From Ginglymostoma cirratum (lineage: Eukaryota): a stretch of DNA of 64,000 nucleotides. The notes below the pieces were generated by a model. The model ran no database searches, was not told where the DNA came from, and worked only from the letters and a program-made list of their open reading frames with translations. The stretch spans positions 24,048,498 to 24,112,497 of the forward strand of contig JAHRHZ010000098.1 in NCBI GenBank assembly GCA_024137785.1. The letters run 5' to 3'. Positions 1 through 12,999 of the stretch are shown here, piece by piece. Positions within the stretch are counted from its first letter, which is position 1. The number at the start of each line of letters is the position of its first letter. The translations under genes and the position numbers were made by a program.

Positions 1-489
1 TGTCCACCTGAAGGCCAAACACAGTAAATGTCATAAACTGACACAGAATGTGTTCCCTTGTTACAGCTACATTACTTGGAAATACACAGTTCTGTTTTAT
101 CAAGTTCAACTCTTCCATTTTCCATTTTAACATTTCCTAGTTGTACATCAACTGTCATCAAATTTGACAATGACCACCAGGCTAAGATATAATATGGAGG
201 TGGTGGTTTCCTCTTAGCTGTCAGGAGGAAGTCAGTCTCCACCAGGTCTGGAAGCCATGCCTCCTTTTAACGTGGTTGAGGGAACAAATTGTCTGATGTC
301 ATGACTTCTACTCCTCTGAGACAGAGTATCCTGTCTTCAAGAGTTGCCAGTTAATCAGCGAGCTGAGAGATTTTCAGTCCTAGCAGCTCCACTGGGAGTT
401 GTGTCCACTGCTGGGATTGCAGCAATCCTTATACCTGTGAGGTTGAAGCAGGCCTGAACAGCATGTAAATGAGGCCTGGGATCGACAAG

Positions 490-805
490 GGGTGTGTTGT
501 GATAAAGTCATCGGACTGCTAATCCAGAAGACCAGGTTAATGCTCTGGGAACATGAGATCAAATCCTACCATAGCAGATAGTGAAATTTCAAATTCAATT
601 AAAAAAAATTTATCTTCATAGAGACCATGTAAGACTGTTGTTAAAAAAAACCCATCTGGTTCACTAATACCCTTTTGGAAAGGAAATCTACCAATCTTAC
701 TTGACATGGTCTACATGTGACTCCAGACCCACTCTTAACTCTCCTCTGGGCAATTAAGGGGTGGGAAATAAATGCTGGCCTGACCAATGATGCCCATATT
801 CCAGG
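490..805 (+). mobile_element. tRNA-derived shark SINE with LINE-derived 3' tail
   Basis: tRNA-like head (ggactgctaatccag...agatcaaatcc) and body AAAACCCATCTGGTTCACTAAT (repeated at 36272). The tail GGGCAATTAAGGGGTGGGAAATAAATGCTGGCC matches the reverse-complemented 3' end of the LINE at 28088. Confidence 0.75.
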
Positions 806-1253
806 ATTTGTTTTTAAAGTCAATCCTCTGTGAGGAGGGGCAGTTGTGATGGTGGTGGAGGGGTAGTCTTTCAGTGGGAGCAGCCTTGCCACTGGGAGCC
901 TACCATAGAGTGTCTGGAAAGGAGTAACTGGCCACCATCCCACTCCCAGACAATCTGAGCCAGGTAGCCAAGCTCACATTGCATGGCCTCCTGAATGAAG
1001 GATTGTTGGTCTGTCACCGCTTACATACCAGTTGTGGCAGGATGAGGTCCTTACGTGCCATTAATTGTTGATCTCAGGGTTTTTCAATTGACCCCAAGAG
1101 CAGGTGGCCTGAGTGCTGTAAACCAAATACCAGTGCAAGCAGGAAGACCATGCACCCAAACAGCTGTGGAGAGGAGCATAAAAGTTTGACCCAGAAAAGT
1201 GGATGTTGGAGGAATACATAACTTTAGGAGAAGACAACTTTCAACTCAATTGG

Positions 1254-1578
1254 GGGTGGCACGATGGGTCAGTGGTTAACACTGATGCTTCACAGCACCA
1301 GGGACCTGGGTTCGATTCCACCCTCAGGTGGCTGTCTATGTGGAGTTTGCACATTCTCCCTGTGACTGCATGGGTTTCCTCCAGGTGCTCTGGTTTCCTC
1401 GCACAATCCAAAAATGTGTAGGCTAGGTGGATTGGCCATACTAAATTGCCCATGGTGTTCAGGGATGTGTAGACTAGCTGGGTTATAGGGGGATGGGCCT
1501 GGCTGGGATGCACTGTGGGTCAGTGTGGACTTGTTGGGCTGAAGGTCCTGTTTCCACACTGTACAGATTCTATGATTC
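1254..1578 (+). mobile_element. HE1-type V-SINE (tRNA head, CR1/HER1 tail)
   Basis: A/B-box-like head (GTGGTTAAC...GGTTCGATTCC), V-domain TGGAGTTTGCACATTCTCCC...TGGGTTTCCTCC and ATTCTATG tail. Confidence 0.9.
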
Positions 1579-1980
1579 AAATCTTCCCTCACAGAACAAA
1601 CAGGGGTATGCCCTTTCTTTCAAGGGTCTGTGGCTTGTAGTCAGAAAAAATATTGCTCTCATTTTTCATCTGGAATCCTGGCACTCCAAATCCATGACAG
1701 CTTAATGACTGGAGTCTCCCTGAGGAAATTAAGCCACCATGTGTTGAGGATGGAAACCTTTTATTCTGTTTTGGCTCAGCGCCAAAAAAAATGGGTGACC
1801 AGTCTTGTTATACCTGTAGAATAGGTGGCTAAACTGACTGGGTGATATGCAAATGACTATACATCACAGGAAGAAATGCAATATCACATGGTTTTGCTTT
1901 CTTGCAACTTCAATGCAATTGGAAGCCACAGCAAGATGTTTCTCAATAAAGTTAATATTTTCCTTATTCTAGGAGAAAGG

Positions 1981-2308
1981 TACAGTTTAGGAATCCTTTA
2001 TCCAAAAACCTCAGGACAAACTGTTTTACAGAAAAAGGATATTTTAGTTTTTGGGTCCACCACAGGACCCTTTAGAAAAAAACCCAAATGGACCTAAAAG
2101 TCAGGTTTTTATCTCAAAAGCCTCAACAGTCCTGAATATAAATGTAGACATACTGAGTTCAGCCCTTTGAAAAATAACTTCAGGTCCATTCAGGCTAAAC
2201 GATGTTCTCTTTCAAAGGGCCAGAACTCAACATGGCTAGAGGTCCATTCAATTCCACTTCCAAAAAGACCTTTGGAAAGATGTGTGGATAATAAATATCT
2301 GGCCTGTA
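1981..2308. mobile_element. Tigger/pogo-like MITE (degenerate)
   Basis: Imperfect terminal inverted repeats TA-CAGTTTAGGAATCCTTTATCC and GGATAATAAATATCTGGCCTG-TA, flanked by TA. Confidence 0.5.
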
Positions 2309-2331
2309 CTGTGGATGCCGGTGATTGGAAA

Positions 2332-2512
2332 TAAAATTAGTGCTGGAGAAATTCAGCATTTGTGGAGAGAGTTATTGTTTCGAGTCCAATATGATTCTTC
2401 TTCAGACTGGGAAGCATTAACTCTGTTTCTTTCTCCACAAATTCTGCAAGACCTGCTGATTTTCTCCCATACTTTTCTGTTTTCATTAATGTTTACCTGA
2501 CTGCAGCAACGT
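2332..2512. mobile_element. Old fold-back PLE-derived short element with hammerhead core
   Basis: Inverted arms (gctggagaaattcagc...gtggagaga versus tctccac...acctgctgattttctcc). The minus strand carries CTGAAGA-A-GAATC..GACTC-GAAAC at ~2377-2405. Confidence 0.65.
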
Positions 2513-3149
2513 CTGTAAATATTCTTTGGTGGCACAGTGAGGCTAACAATATACATACTTTTGTAATTGTAGCACTCCTAAGATATATTAACATTTTTCT
2601 ACAATGAATTGCAAGGGATACTAATCCACTCAATATGGCAGTCTTATTGTCCTCCAACAAAGAGCAAACATCTGCTGCTTAATGTGTGTGGTTGTATATG
2701 TTGGCTCTATATTGTATATTGCTAATTATTCATTTTGTACGTGTTGTACTATATCTCCAATACAGGTTATATGTTTGATACTGGGATTATATATTTCTGC
2801 TGAACTGTCACTGAAGTTATGGCAGGAAATCAAGAGGACTCCTATTGAAATTCTGTCCTGTGATGTAGCTGATTTTAATGTAAAGTTCTAATTTTAAATG
2901 CAAAATAGTTATTCATTTAATCATATATTTAAGTGATTTAATTCACAATAGTATCTACTAATTGGAAACTGTAGGTATGGTAGCAAAATTGCAACTCTAT
3001 TCAAATATATTATCAAGCTATGCTGGTTTAATACAATGATTTCAAAACTTATTGGTGCAAGAAATTTTCTGCATTGATTAAAACAACCTGAGGGAGATGT
3101 GGCCAAGGGGGAAGCGGTGGGATTCTCTTCAAAATTAAGGTACCGCTGT

Positions 3150-3470
3150 TGATAGTAAATACTGACAGAAACCTGGCAGCCTGCTGTAAATATTGATGGC
3201 AGGAACTCCCTGCAAATATTAAACCAATTCTGAGGATTCCCTGAGCCACAAAAATATACCTGTGACTTCCTGAAAAATATTGACACTCTTCTGACAACTT
3301 CTGTATACATGAATTTCAAGGAATGCTTGTAAATATTGACACTAATGCAAAGAAATATCTGAAAATCAAGGCACAGTCACAAAGATTCCTCACAAATATT
3401 GACACACACCTAGGAAATTCCCTGTAAGTATTAATATCCTGGTACAAAGAACCCCTGAAATATTGATGCA
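3150..3470. repeat. Degenerate ~30-bp minisatellite with core GGAATTCCCTGTAAATATTGAC
   Basis: AAATATTGAC-like cores at 3155, 3186, 3212, 3273, 3329, 3392, 3424 and 3457, spaced ~26-33 bp or twice that. Confidence 0.75.
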
Positions 3471-4296
3471 GATGCAGTGAGACTCAGGGTTATTTTGAAA
3501 GGCCTTGCATTTTTATTCAAAAAATGCAGAAGTCCCATAATTGAAGAAAATGTTTTCATTGTTAATGCGCGGCTAAAAAAGCAATTGTAAATCCTGCACA
3601 ATTCTGTAACATGGTATTCATGAACTGTGAAAGCCCAGTGTCCCAGAAACGACACATTGGGAAAGCCCATACCAATTCCAGTTCTAAACCTATTGTATAA
3701 ATATTTTCAGAGCACAGAAGCAGCGAAGATTTCGTGCCAGATGGTGAAAACCTCAGCACCACATGACCACTGTGAGTGTCAGGACACTTGAGTTTTTCTT
3801 CAAAGCTGTACCAGGAGTGGTTTCTGATTGCTCCTGGTTACACACTGCCCTGCACTGGTTCCAACGGAGGCAGCTCTGCTGACGTCTTTGTTAAAGAAGC
3901 ATAGATAATTTGGTCTCACCTTAATTAGAATTGAAAAGCCACAGAACACTGCAGTGTGTGAGACAAAGAGGCTGCCATGGGTCACAGTGGGACGTGAGCA
4001 AGGGGAGTCTGTATCCCCATATCACCTTTTCTGTGAAAATGATTTGAATATAAATGGATTTTAGTGATGTGTTTCCTCATAACATCTTTCCATCCCATTT
4101 ATGTTAACTCTTTACCAGTGCATACATTACTCATATAGAAGACATGCAGTGGGAACAAGCTGTTGTTTAGGTCACTTTACCAGTCATCTCACAGCGAGTG
4201 GTTAGGATCTGGAATGCACTGCCTGAGAATGTGGTGGAGGAGATTTGATTGTGACTTTCAAAAGTACTTAGATAAACACTCTGCAAGCTTGCTTTA

Positions 4297-4661
4297 CAGA
4301 TCAATATCCCTAGTGTGGGAAGAGACCATTCAGCCCATCAAACCAACCCTCCTAAGAGCATCTCAATCAGAACTATCTCCAACACCCCCACCCTACCCCC
4401 GCAGCCCCACATTTACCATGGTTAACCCACCTAGCTTGCACATTCCTGGAAACTACAGACAATTTAGCATGGCTGATTGACCTAACCTGCATATCTTTGG
4501 AACGTGGGTAGAAACCAGAAAACCTGGAGGAAACCCACATGGATATGGGGAGAATGTGCAAACTCCACACAGACAGTTACGCAAGGGTGGAATTGAAGCT
4601 GGGTCCCTGGTGTTGTGAGGCAGCAGTGCTAACCACTGAGCCACTGAGCCACCGTGCCACC
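4297..4661 (-). mobile_element. HE1-type V-SINE
   Basis: Reverse complement of the 1254 element (GGAGAATGTGCAAACTCCACACAGACAG; GTGCTAACCACTGAGCCACC). Confidence 0.9.
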
Positions 4662-4664
4662 CAC

Positions 4665-5205
4665 CAATATGATCATTGGCTGATCCTCTATCACAATGCC
4701 CTATTCCTACTTTCTCCCTATACCTTTGGTGCTTTTAAATTCCAAAAATGTATCCATCTCGTGCTGGAGTGTATTCAGTGATTTGGCCTCCATAGCTTTT
4801 TGTGCTACAGAATCCATCCATTTACAACTCTTTAAGTGAAGAAATGTTTCCTCATCTCAGTCCTAAATAGAGCCCATATCCTGAGACCATGACCATTGGC
4901 TTTAGACTTCTAGCCAGGGAAAGCATCCTCCTTCATTTAGTCTGTTCAACCCCGCTAGAATTTTATATGTTTCAATCAGATTCCCTTTCATCCTTCTACA
5001 CTCCAGTGAACACAGGCCCAGTTGAACAAATCACTCCACATACAACAGTCCCGCAATCCCAGTATCAGCCGAATGAACTTCCACTCCACTCCCATTATGG
5101 CAAGTTTTTTTTTAGGTAAGGTCACAAAAGCTGCACTCAGGACTCCAGGGTACGGTCTCACCAAGGCCCTAAATAGCTGTAGTAAATCGTCTCTACTTCT
5201 AAACT
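4665..5205 (-). mobile_element. CR1 LINE 3' fragment
   Basis: Decayed ORF2 C-terminus (LFRALVRPYPGV resembling LYKALVRPHLEY; MRKHFFT), similar to 7616-8272. Confidence 0.75.
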
Positions 5206-7379
5206 CTTCTGAAGAAAGAAAACAAACTTGGTAAATTATGTGATAATTATGGAGGACTGGGGTCTAACTGAAATGCTTTTGCAAAGAGCCAAATGGGATC
5301 AAATGGGCTGAATGGTCTACTTTTATTCTGTAACCATTCTATGATTAAAGACTTTTGGGGGAATATTGACTTTGCAGGTCAGCCACTCCGTTTACACCAA
5401 GCCAATTTTACTTTTTATCGATTGTTTTAAAACTGGGCAGTGTGTTAAACAAGCATTGGAGAAATTCCTTCCAGTTCCCTGCTCAGCAGGTTAAGTTAAA
5501 ATTACTGCGTAGGCACCAGTAAAATATTATTAAATTTAACAGAGAAAACCCAAGGGAAGAAGATATTTGAGAAAGCCAAAAATGATTTGTTTCTTGTTTT
5601 CTTTTCATTTTTTTTAATCATGGCGAATGAAGCACATCCCTTAGCAAGCATCCAGTGCCTGAAGGTACTGAACATTCTCAGGGCAGACTAGATATAAATT
5701 ATAGCATTCCATCCTCCAGCTTGTTCTCCTTTTCTAGCACTCAGAAAAGGCAGTGTAATGGAGGAGAGTCATTTAAGTTCTGCCAGTTTGCATGGAAACA
5801 AATAGCACCCCTTAATAAGTGTCTGTATTGCTTTCTGCAATAATTGTCATAATTACGGAGACTAAAGACCAGACCTACTAAAAAAAGTGCCATCTGTCCA
5901 GTTACCAAACCTGGTGGAAACAGCCCAGGAGAAAGGATACTGGATTACCCATGGCTGGATTTGTCATACGTCCCTACATTTTTTAGACATTTGCATAATC
6001 GATGAAACTTCTGATACTCCCTTTCCTCTGCTTAATTCTGGCCACCTGACTTTGTAAGTAAAAGTATTTAATCAACGGTGTCACAACAGTTGTACCATAC
6101 TCTATTCTCTGGATACTTTGCTGAAGAACATTATAATTTTTAATGAGGTGATGTTTCTCCATTCTCTGCAGCAATTTAAAGGAAATCTATTAAAGTTTAA
6201 ACAGGGTCATTTTCAAAAAAAATCTGAGCAATTAAAATTGTGATCAAAAATTCATAAACTGTAACAGTAAAGTGAATCTTCTGTCATTTCAATGTGAAGA
6301 TGCAAACTACAGAGTTCATGTGTTGCAAAACAAAATCACTTCATCTATTTGTTGCCAGTGACTAAAACATTAGAGCCAATCTTGCTCTGGTAAATGAACA
6401 CAGATTGATCTCTGAACGAGTCTGGAATCAAGGTAATGCCTCTTTTGCTGAAAGGTTCCAGTTTCTGACAATTCAATCACCTACTACTAATTCATACTTT
6501 GTACTTGGAATAAAATGTGAGTGATGAAACTAAAGTATTTTCCTACACTTTCGCCTCCTGTTTCAACATTAAACTAACATTGGTCAAACAGAGATGGATT
6601 ATATACTGGAGAAATACAATCATAGCATTTCCTGTTAACTATCAGCTGGCCTGACACTGCACAGGTTAGATTAGGAGTAAAGTCACCTCTGGAAAGTTAA
6701 AATGAGCTTCCTCAAGCCTGATTTTGTAGGTTGGATGTAATGTAAAAATGTCTACACCGTCTGACGAATACTCCTTAGCCCCAGCCCCAGAGGAGAATTT
6801 CATAGCACATCAGTCTCACATTTCTCATATCATTGCAGTAAAGTCAATTTAAACTGAATTAGGGGCACTTTCTCCTTTATGCCGTTGATTATCCAAATAG
6901 AATTAAAACTGCCCAAAAGTCATTTCATACTTGTCTCATATCCAACAAAATGAGGAGGTTTTCATCCGATCAGATTGGTGATTCCATGCGTCAGAATTAA
7001 AATAAATGTAATCCATTATGTTACCCTGTTCCTGCAACTGACTGCATTCTTTATTGATCTCAAACTTTAAAAAAAATTAGCAATAAGTCTACATAGCATT
7101 AATGAATCAGATCCACTTGGCGTTAATCCACAGACTGAAATTATTGCGTACTGAAACATTTCATTAATTATTGTAAGATATCACAATTGTTCAATATACA
7201 GTGAGATGTGGCAGTCTGAATGACATGGTCTGAATCTGATAGATGCCCCTAATAGCCACACTAGAGACCTGCAACCTACTTTGACCCAACTTAATGTTTA
7301 TTGACTTCAGGAGCCAAATAAATAACGAGAACTGGCTTTGTCGACAAAACATGAACTTGATCTTGTAGAGCTAGGTGCA

Positions 7380-9252
7380 CCAGTTGTACTCCTGAGTCTA
7401 ATTGAGATTGACTATTAACTGAGGTGAAAGTCTCTGAGCTGTTGGACGGTGCGGGTGATGTCAGTGCATCCTCTGAGTGTCCAGTGTCTTCCTCCTCAGA
7501 GGCAGAGGTGCAGCTGAGAGTCACTGATGCTGGCCCCTTTGCTGGGTTTGCTTGGTGCTGTTAGTGTCTACATAAAATTGGCAAATAATTATGTAACAGG
7601 GATAAAGGATTGAGTACATAAGAACATAAGAACTAGGAGCAGGACTAGGCCATCTGGCCCCTTGAGCCTGCCCCACCATTTAATAAGATCGTGGCTGATC
7701 TTTTTGAGACTCAGCTCCACTTACCCGCCAGCTCACCGTAACCCTTAATTCCTTTACTGTTCAAAAATTTATCTAGCCTTGCCTTAAAAACATTCAGCGA
7801 GGTAGCTTCAAAAGCTTCACTGGGCAGGGAATTGCAAAGATTCACAACCCATTGGGCAAAGAAGTTCCTCCTGACCTCAGTACTACATCTGCTTCCCTTT
7901 ATTTTGAGGCGATGCCCTCTAGTACTAGTTTCACCTGCTAGCGGAAACAACTTCCCTGCCTCCACCTTATCTATTCCCTTCATAATCTTATATGTTTCTA
8001 TAAGACCTCCCCTCATTCTTCTGAATTCCAATGAGTATAATCCCAGTCTACTCAGTGTCTCCTCATAATGCAACTCTCTCAACTCTGGAATCAACCAAGT
8101 GAATCTCCTCTGCACCCCCTCCAGTGCTAGTATATCCCTTCTCAAGTAAGGAGACCAAAACTGCACACAGTACTCCAGGTGTGGCCTCACCAGGACCCTG
8201 TACAGCTGCAGCATAGCCTCCCTGTTTTGATACCCCATCCCTTGAGCAATGGTAGACAAAATTCCATTTGCCTGTTTTTTCAGTAGTAGATTAAAAAAAG
8301 GAGTAGATTAAAAATGTTTGCATTGGTGTTAATGGGAGAGCGGCACAGCACAATGAAGGTAACTGGGATAGTTGGCTGTTGAGGTTTGCACATCAGGCTC
8401 TCCTCTGGCTAATTTGAGTGTCATCACATATGGAGTGAAGATTGAAGTAGTTATGGGCCAGCATTTCCTGCATTGAGACGAAGGTAGAGATTGAGTATGA
8501 TAGCAATGGATGGAGGAGCAGTTGTTGAAGATGTAGGAGAAGCAGAGGAGGTGAGGTTGCCCCTGTGAGTGAGTAGGAAGAGAGGGCTGATGCCTGGAAT
8601 TATAAGCAGCTTGGGAAGATGAGGTGGAATGAGCAGCATTGAGTGGATATGATGCATGAATACTTTGAGTTGTAGTCCAGTATTCTTGGCAAGATGCATG
8701 TGCAGTGGCAAAGTTAGTGTGTGTGGTGGCCCCGATGGTGCAAGGTGGCAAATAAAAGATTTGCAGAATAAAACAAAAAGTTCTTTCCTTGCACTCGTGG
8801 ATGTCCCTTCTGACTTGAGGCATAGCACTGACCCAGTAACTATTTGGCTTCAGGTTGGTTTTATCCAGTGGTGTGACCTCCTGTGGTGGACTGCAGGAAA
8901 AAGGACAGCCCACTTCTCTTCATTGCCATCCACCAGCACCTCCAGATCCCTGCCCAGGAAGCAGGAAGCTGGCTTTCCATTCCATACCATAATGGTCCAT
9001 CATAGTGAGAGATGCAGTTCTTGGCTTACAGTGTTTGAACTGGTACATATTGGGTTTTAAATATGGAATCTGTGGTACGAATGTCAGACTGTCCTAGCTG
9101 TGGTGAGCAATTCTGCTTCGCCTGCTGTGTGATTCCATGAGAAAAGAGCCAAACAGCCCAGTTACACAATTAGTGCGAGTCACTCTAAGACATGGTGGAG
9201 TGAGTGGCGTGAATCTCACCCACTTCAACCAAAGATGGGAAAATTCTGTCCA
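7380..9252 (-). mobile_element. Harbinger-type transposon remnant with Myb/SANT-like gene, interrupted by a CR1
   Basis: The minus strand at ~8890-8970 reads ASCFLGRDLEVLVDGNEEKWAVLFP, a Myb_DNA-bind_5-like N-terminus. An acidic Ser-rich downstream segment is in ORF 7291-7524, and a GGACAGAATTTTCCC terminus-like motif is at ~9250. Confidence 0.6.
7616..8272 (-). mobile_element. Young 5'-truncated CR1 (HER1-like) LINE with an open ORF2 C-terminus
   Basis: ORF 7711-8259 reads LQLYRVLVRPHLEYCVQFWSP...LEGVQRRFT...TRGH...RNFF, followed by a 3'UTR and (TTCTTATG)n tail. Confidence 0.95.
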
Positions 9253-9679
9253 ATGCATTAATCTGTCCCTTGCCTCAATAATGGGAACAAAGTAGACAAT
9301 TTACATTTACTGTTCATAATACTCTCGTCTTTGCTCACTCCTATAATCTTAGACAAAGTCTTTGAATTGTCCCTGTAAAATTTTTTCAAGGTATCAACCT
9401 TACCCTGGAGTAAATTTCAGGCAGGCAAAAGATGGGCAAAGTCTGAAACACATTTGTGAGCCTAAATTTCAGGCCAGGGTATTTTAATACACAGACCTCA
9501 TTTAAATTTGACTGGTGAGTTTCATCCACAATTACATGGGCTATTAGAAGCTTGTCCTTTTCCTGAACAGGTTCTCTGCAGGGCTAAATAACAAGGGAAT
9601 GTGTCTTTTCAAGGAAACTTTCATTTCCTCCTGTTTGCTTTTTGCTGTTTTGTTACTGCAAGAATGAATTCAGTCAGAA

Positions 9680-11110
9680 AAAAAGGAGTTGCAAGCCCCA
9701 GATTTTATAATATGTTTGGATGACATGGTTGAAGAAATCAGAGTGAGGAGGGAAGTTCTCTCTCATCAATGGCAGGAAGATTCCAAGAGTGGATGCTGAT
9801 CAAGCCTAAGAGATTGCAATCAACAGCTCGAGGACTATCACCCATGAGACCTGGATTATGCCCAGGGTGACTTCACAAAAGAAGCAAGGATGAATGTAAT
9901 ACTTTATTTTCCCATTCTTTTCATAGTACTAACCATCCTTCCTACCCTTCTGTCCCAGTAGTCTGAATAATGTCTTAACATCAAATGCTTCATCACTAAA
10001 GTGGACTTTAAGAAAGCTCTAATTTTCATTCCAGACACACACTTACCCCATGCTTTACTTGCAGCAGCCATGAAAACATTCTATTTTCATTTTATTTTCC
10101 TTGCCTTAATTCATATCCGGATACTGGCTTTCAATACTGTGCTTGTATTTTGCTTTGTTTCTCTCCCAGCATGTGCCCCAACCCCCAGTAGAAGTCCCAC
10201 GTCTCTGTACTTTGAAGTCGAGGACATTCACAAACACACACCCTGTTTCTGCAGGAGAAAATTCATAGATTCATAGAAAATAGGTGCAGGTGTAGGCCAT
10301 TCAGCCCTTTGAACCTGTACCACCATTTATCATGATCATGGCTCATCATGCAAATTTCAGTACCCCACTCCCACTTTCTCTCCATATCCCTTGATCCCTT
10401 TAGCCAGAAGGGTCATGTTCAGCTCCCTCCTGAATATATCTAAGGAACTGGGCCCAACAGTTTTCCATGGTAGAGAATTCCACATGTTCACAACTCTCTG
10501 AGTGAAAAAATTCTTCCTCATCTCAGTCCTGAATAGCTTACCCCTTATTCTTAGATTGTGACCCCTAGTTCTGAATTTCCCCAACACTGGGAGCATTCTT
10601 CCCAAATCTAAACTTCCAGTCCCATTAGGATTTTATATGTTTCTGTGAGATCCCTCCCCATTCTTCTAAAGTTCAGTGAGTACAAGCCTAGTTGATGCAG
10701 TCTTTCTTCATTTGTCAATGGCGTATAACACCAAGGAGAGAAGCTGATGATTGTATTAGAGCTGAAGCAAGAAGGCCTCAGGATCAGTGAATTCTCCTGC
10801 ACCTTCCTCCCACCACTTCCCCACCCCAGACAAGTTGGAGCTTTAAATTGGGGCTGTATCTGAATCTGTACCCTTCACCTTATCACATTTAAATGCAAAT
10901 TCGGCAACACAGTGTTTCATTTTTGTTTCAGATTTTCAGCATTCATGGTATTTCGCTTTCACATGTAGCCCTTTTCTCTTTCTTCCAGGCTCTCATAAGT
11001 AGCAAGAGTATCCGGGAAAGGACTCCTCAGAGGAGAACAATCTTTCCGAGATGTCTCAGTCACATGGCAGCACAGAGATTGGCGCCTTGCTGGGTTAGAG
11101 TGTGAGCTTG
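9680..11110 (+). mobile_element. Second Harbinger-type Myb/SANT gene remnant (exons 1-3), interrupted by a CR1
   Basis: Exon 1 reads SPRF..LDDMVEEIRVRREVL..NGRKIP..A*EIA. The acceptor ttctgcag|GAGAAAAT at ~10254 resumes after the CR1 as ATGGCGTATAACACCAAGGAG (EKMAYNTKE). A further acceptor ttcttccag at 10988 precedes an acidic segment. Confidence 0.55.
10262..10716 (-). mobile_element. CR1 LINE 3' fragment
   Basis: ORFs 10357-10605 and 10608-10802 read RTRGHNLRIRG..RKNFFTQRVVNMWNSLP and EERLHQLGLYSL. The tail is (AATCTATG)n. Confidence 0.9.
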
Positions 11111-12999
11111 ATGTATTGGTACTTATTGAAGAACCTGGGAGGAATTTCTGAACAGAGTGGGAATATCGAATGCTCTGCCATATATATGGGGTGTTTAAAA
11201 TACACTGACCAGATTTCTATACTTACTAAGAAAGCACCAATTATTTCAAACAAATCAGTTTTAAGTGCAGGCAATCAAAATATTATTTATCAATTTATGA
11301 CTCTTCAATTTAAACTCTACCCATTTTTAAGCCTCATAGACAAATGCAGACAGACACAGACAAAGAAAAAGAAACTGAGATTTTATGATTGGTAGCAAAA
11401 CCAAAAAATATGGGACCACAGTTCAATAGCATCATTCCACAGGATTCAGTGACGTGTCCCTTTACTTCTGCCATGTTCTTTTGATCTCCTTCTGCTTTCC
11501 AAGTCACTTTAATTCTGTACTAAAGACACAGCACAGTTGGCAAATTAATTGCCCAGACTCTCAGTCACTGGTTAGAGGCAGCAGTTTAAGCCAAATGACA
11601 AGAGATAACCAGTTATCTTCCAATTCTTTGTTGTTTCACTGCAAGGAGAGAGAGGATGGTATCTACTTAGAGGCTGGAGGTTTTCCGCAGCTCTATTGTT
11701 CACACATAAGCTGTCAATCTTCCCGGGAGTCAATCAGATAGTTGTTGCTACGCTGAGCATTCCTGCTCCATGCAACAGGTCCTAAGTGAAAAACCAAACA
11801 GACGGCCACCAAACACACAGCCATGGAGCCAATGACCCAGCAATCCTCCTCACTGCTTGAACAAGGCAACAGTATAAATACAACTCACAAGGAATTTCAT
11901 CAACTTGTTTTAAAATTGAAACTAATCTCCTTCCACAGCAATTCCTTTTCCAATTTAGTCCACAATCTAAAAAGCAAAACTGAAAAAATTGGTCTTTTCA
12001 CCAGTTTGGTCAAATATTCTGTTTCTGTGTGGGTTGTGTCACGACTGAGACTTAGTAATTAAAATCATTTGCTGCAAAAAGTGACTTTTGATGTGACTTC
12101 AGACTGATGCTCACATATTCTTCCACCATATATTAACACTTTTGTGAAATTTCCATAACTGGCCAGAAGACCTTCGATGAAACAACATTTTACAAGAAGC
12201 AAAGTGTAAAATGACACTTCAGGACTTTGCATTGCCTCTATCAATGTCAATGGCCAGAACAAATGATATATGATGTCAATGAAATTTCACACAATGTGTT
12301 TACCATACGTGGGAGCTTGAGATTGAAGAATGCAATGGATCAACACTCTGCTCCTGTCCATGTATTACTGTTAAACTTCTAATCTGGTTTTATAAAAGTA
12401 TTTTGAGGTGACATCATTTTATCCATAGACATGAAGAGGATATGAATAAAATTTACCTTTATATCTTCAGTCTACATGCAGCTATATTTGAATATACAGG
12501 AAAATCCTTCTTGATCCCAAAATAATTGAAATTTGCCGCTAGGGATGATTTGCAGTGATACGTCAACAGTGTTAGATTCACACTCGTACTCATGACACAT
12601 TTCTATTGATGCATCTCACGACTCACACAATGGGGACTTAATTGGATCAAATTTGGGATATTCCAAACCACAGGATCATCCAGGTGAGTGCAGCCAGCAT
12701 TCATTGGAAGATTATATGGCAGTGTACGTGCAAACTTCCATACATGCGACTACATATGAGACCTCTGTCGCAATTATTAGATTTAGACAATTTATATATT
12801 TTGAGACTAAAGCATTAAAAACTGAGGGCATGTATATGGGGTTGTAGCCTGTTTTACAGTCTGCTCGACGGCAAGCCTGGGTGCCTTGATTACTAGAGTT
12901 CAAAGGAGTGCTTAGATTGCTTTACCAAGGAAAAGGTGGAAGATATTTATGATTGGATAAAGTAACAGAAACCTTTGGGTTTAACATGAACAGACCCTG

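Noticed and set aside
1254-1330. tRNA gene candidates (A/B boxes) here and at other SINE heads
   Set aside because: Each continues into a SINE body and tail, and I could not fold a complete cloverleaf.
1203-1592. Recurrent ORFs such as MWSLHILP and LCGVCTFSP
   Set aside because: Chance translations of HE1 SINE copies.
3711-3771. Exon-like segment (ttttcag|...|gtgagt)
   Set aside because: Two frames have stops and the open one (STEAAKISCQMVKTSAPHDH) resembles nothing I recognise. No partner exons can be supported, although a non-coding exon cannot be excluded.
5983-6174. 63-aa minus-strand ORF in unique-looking DNA
   Set aside because: No recognisable homology or convincing splice context.
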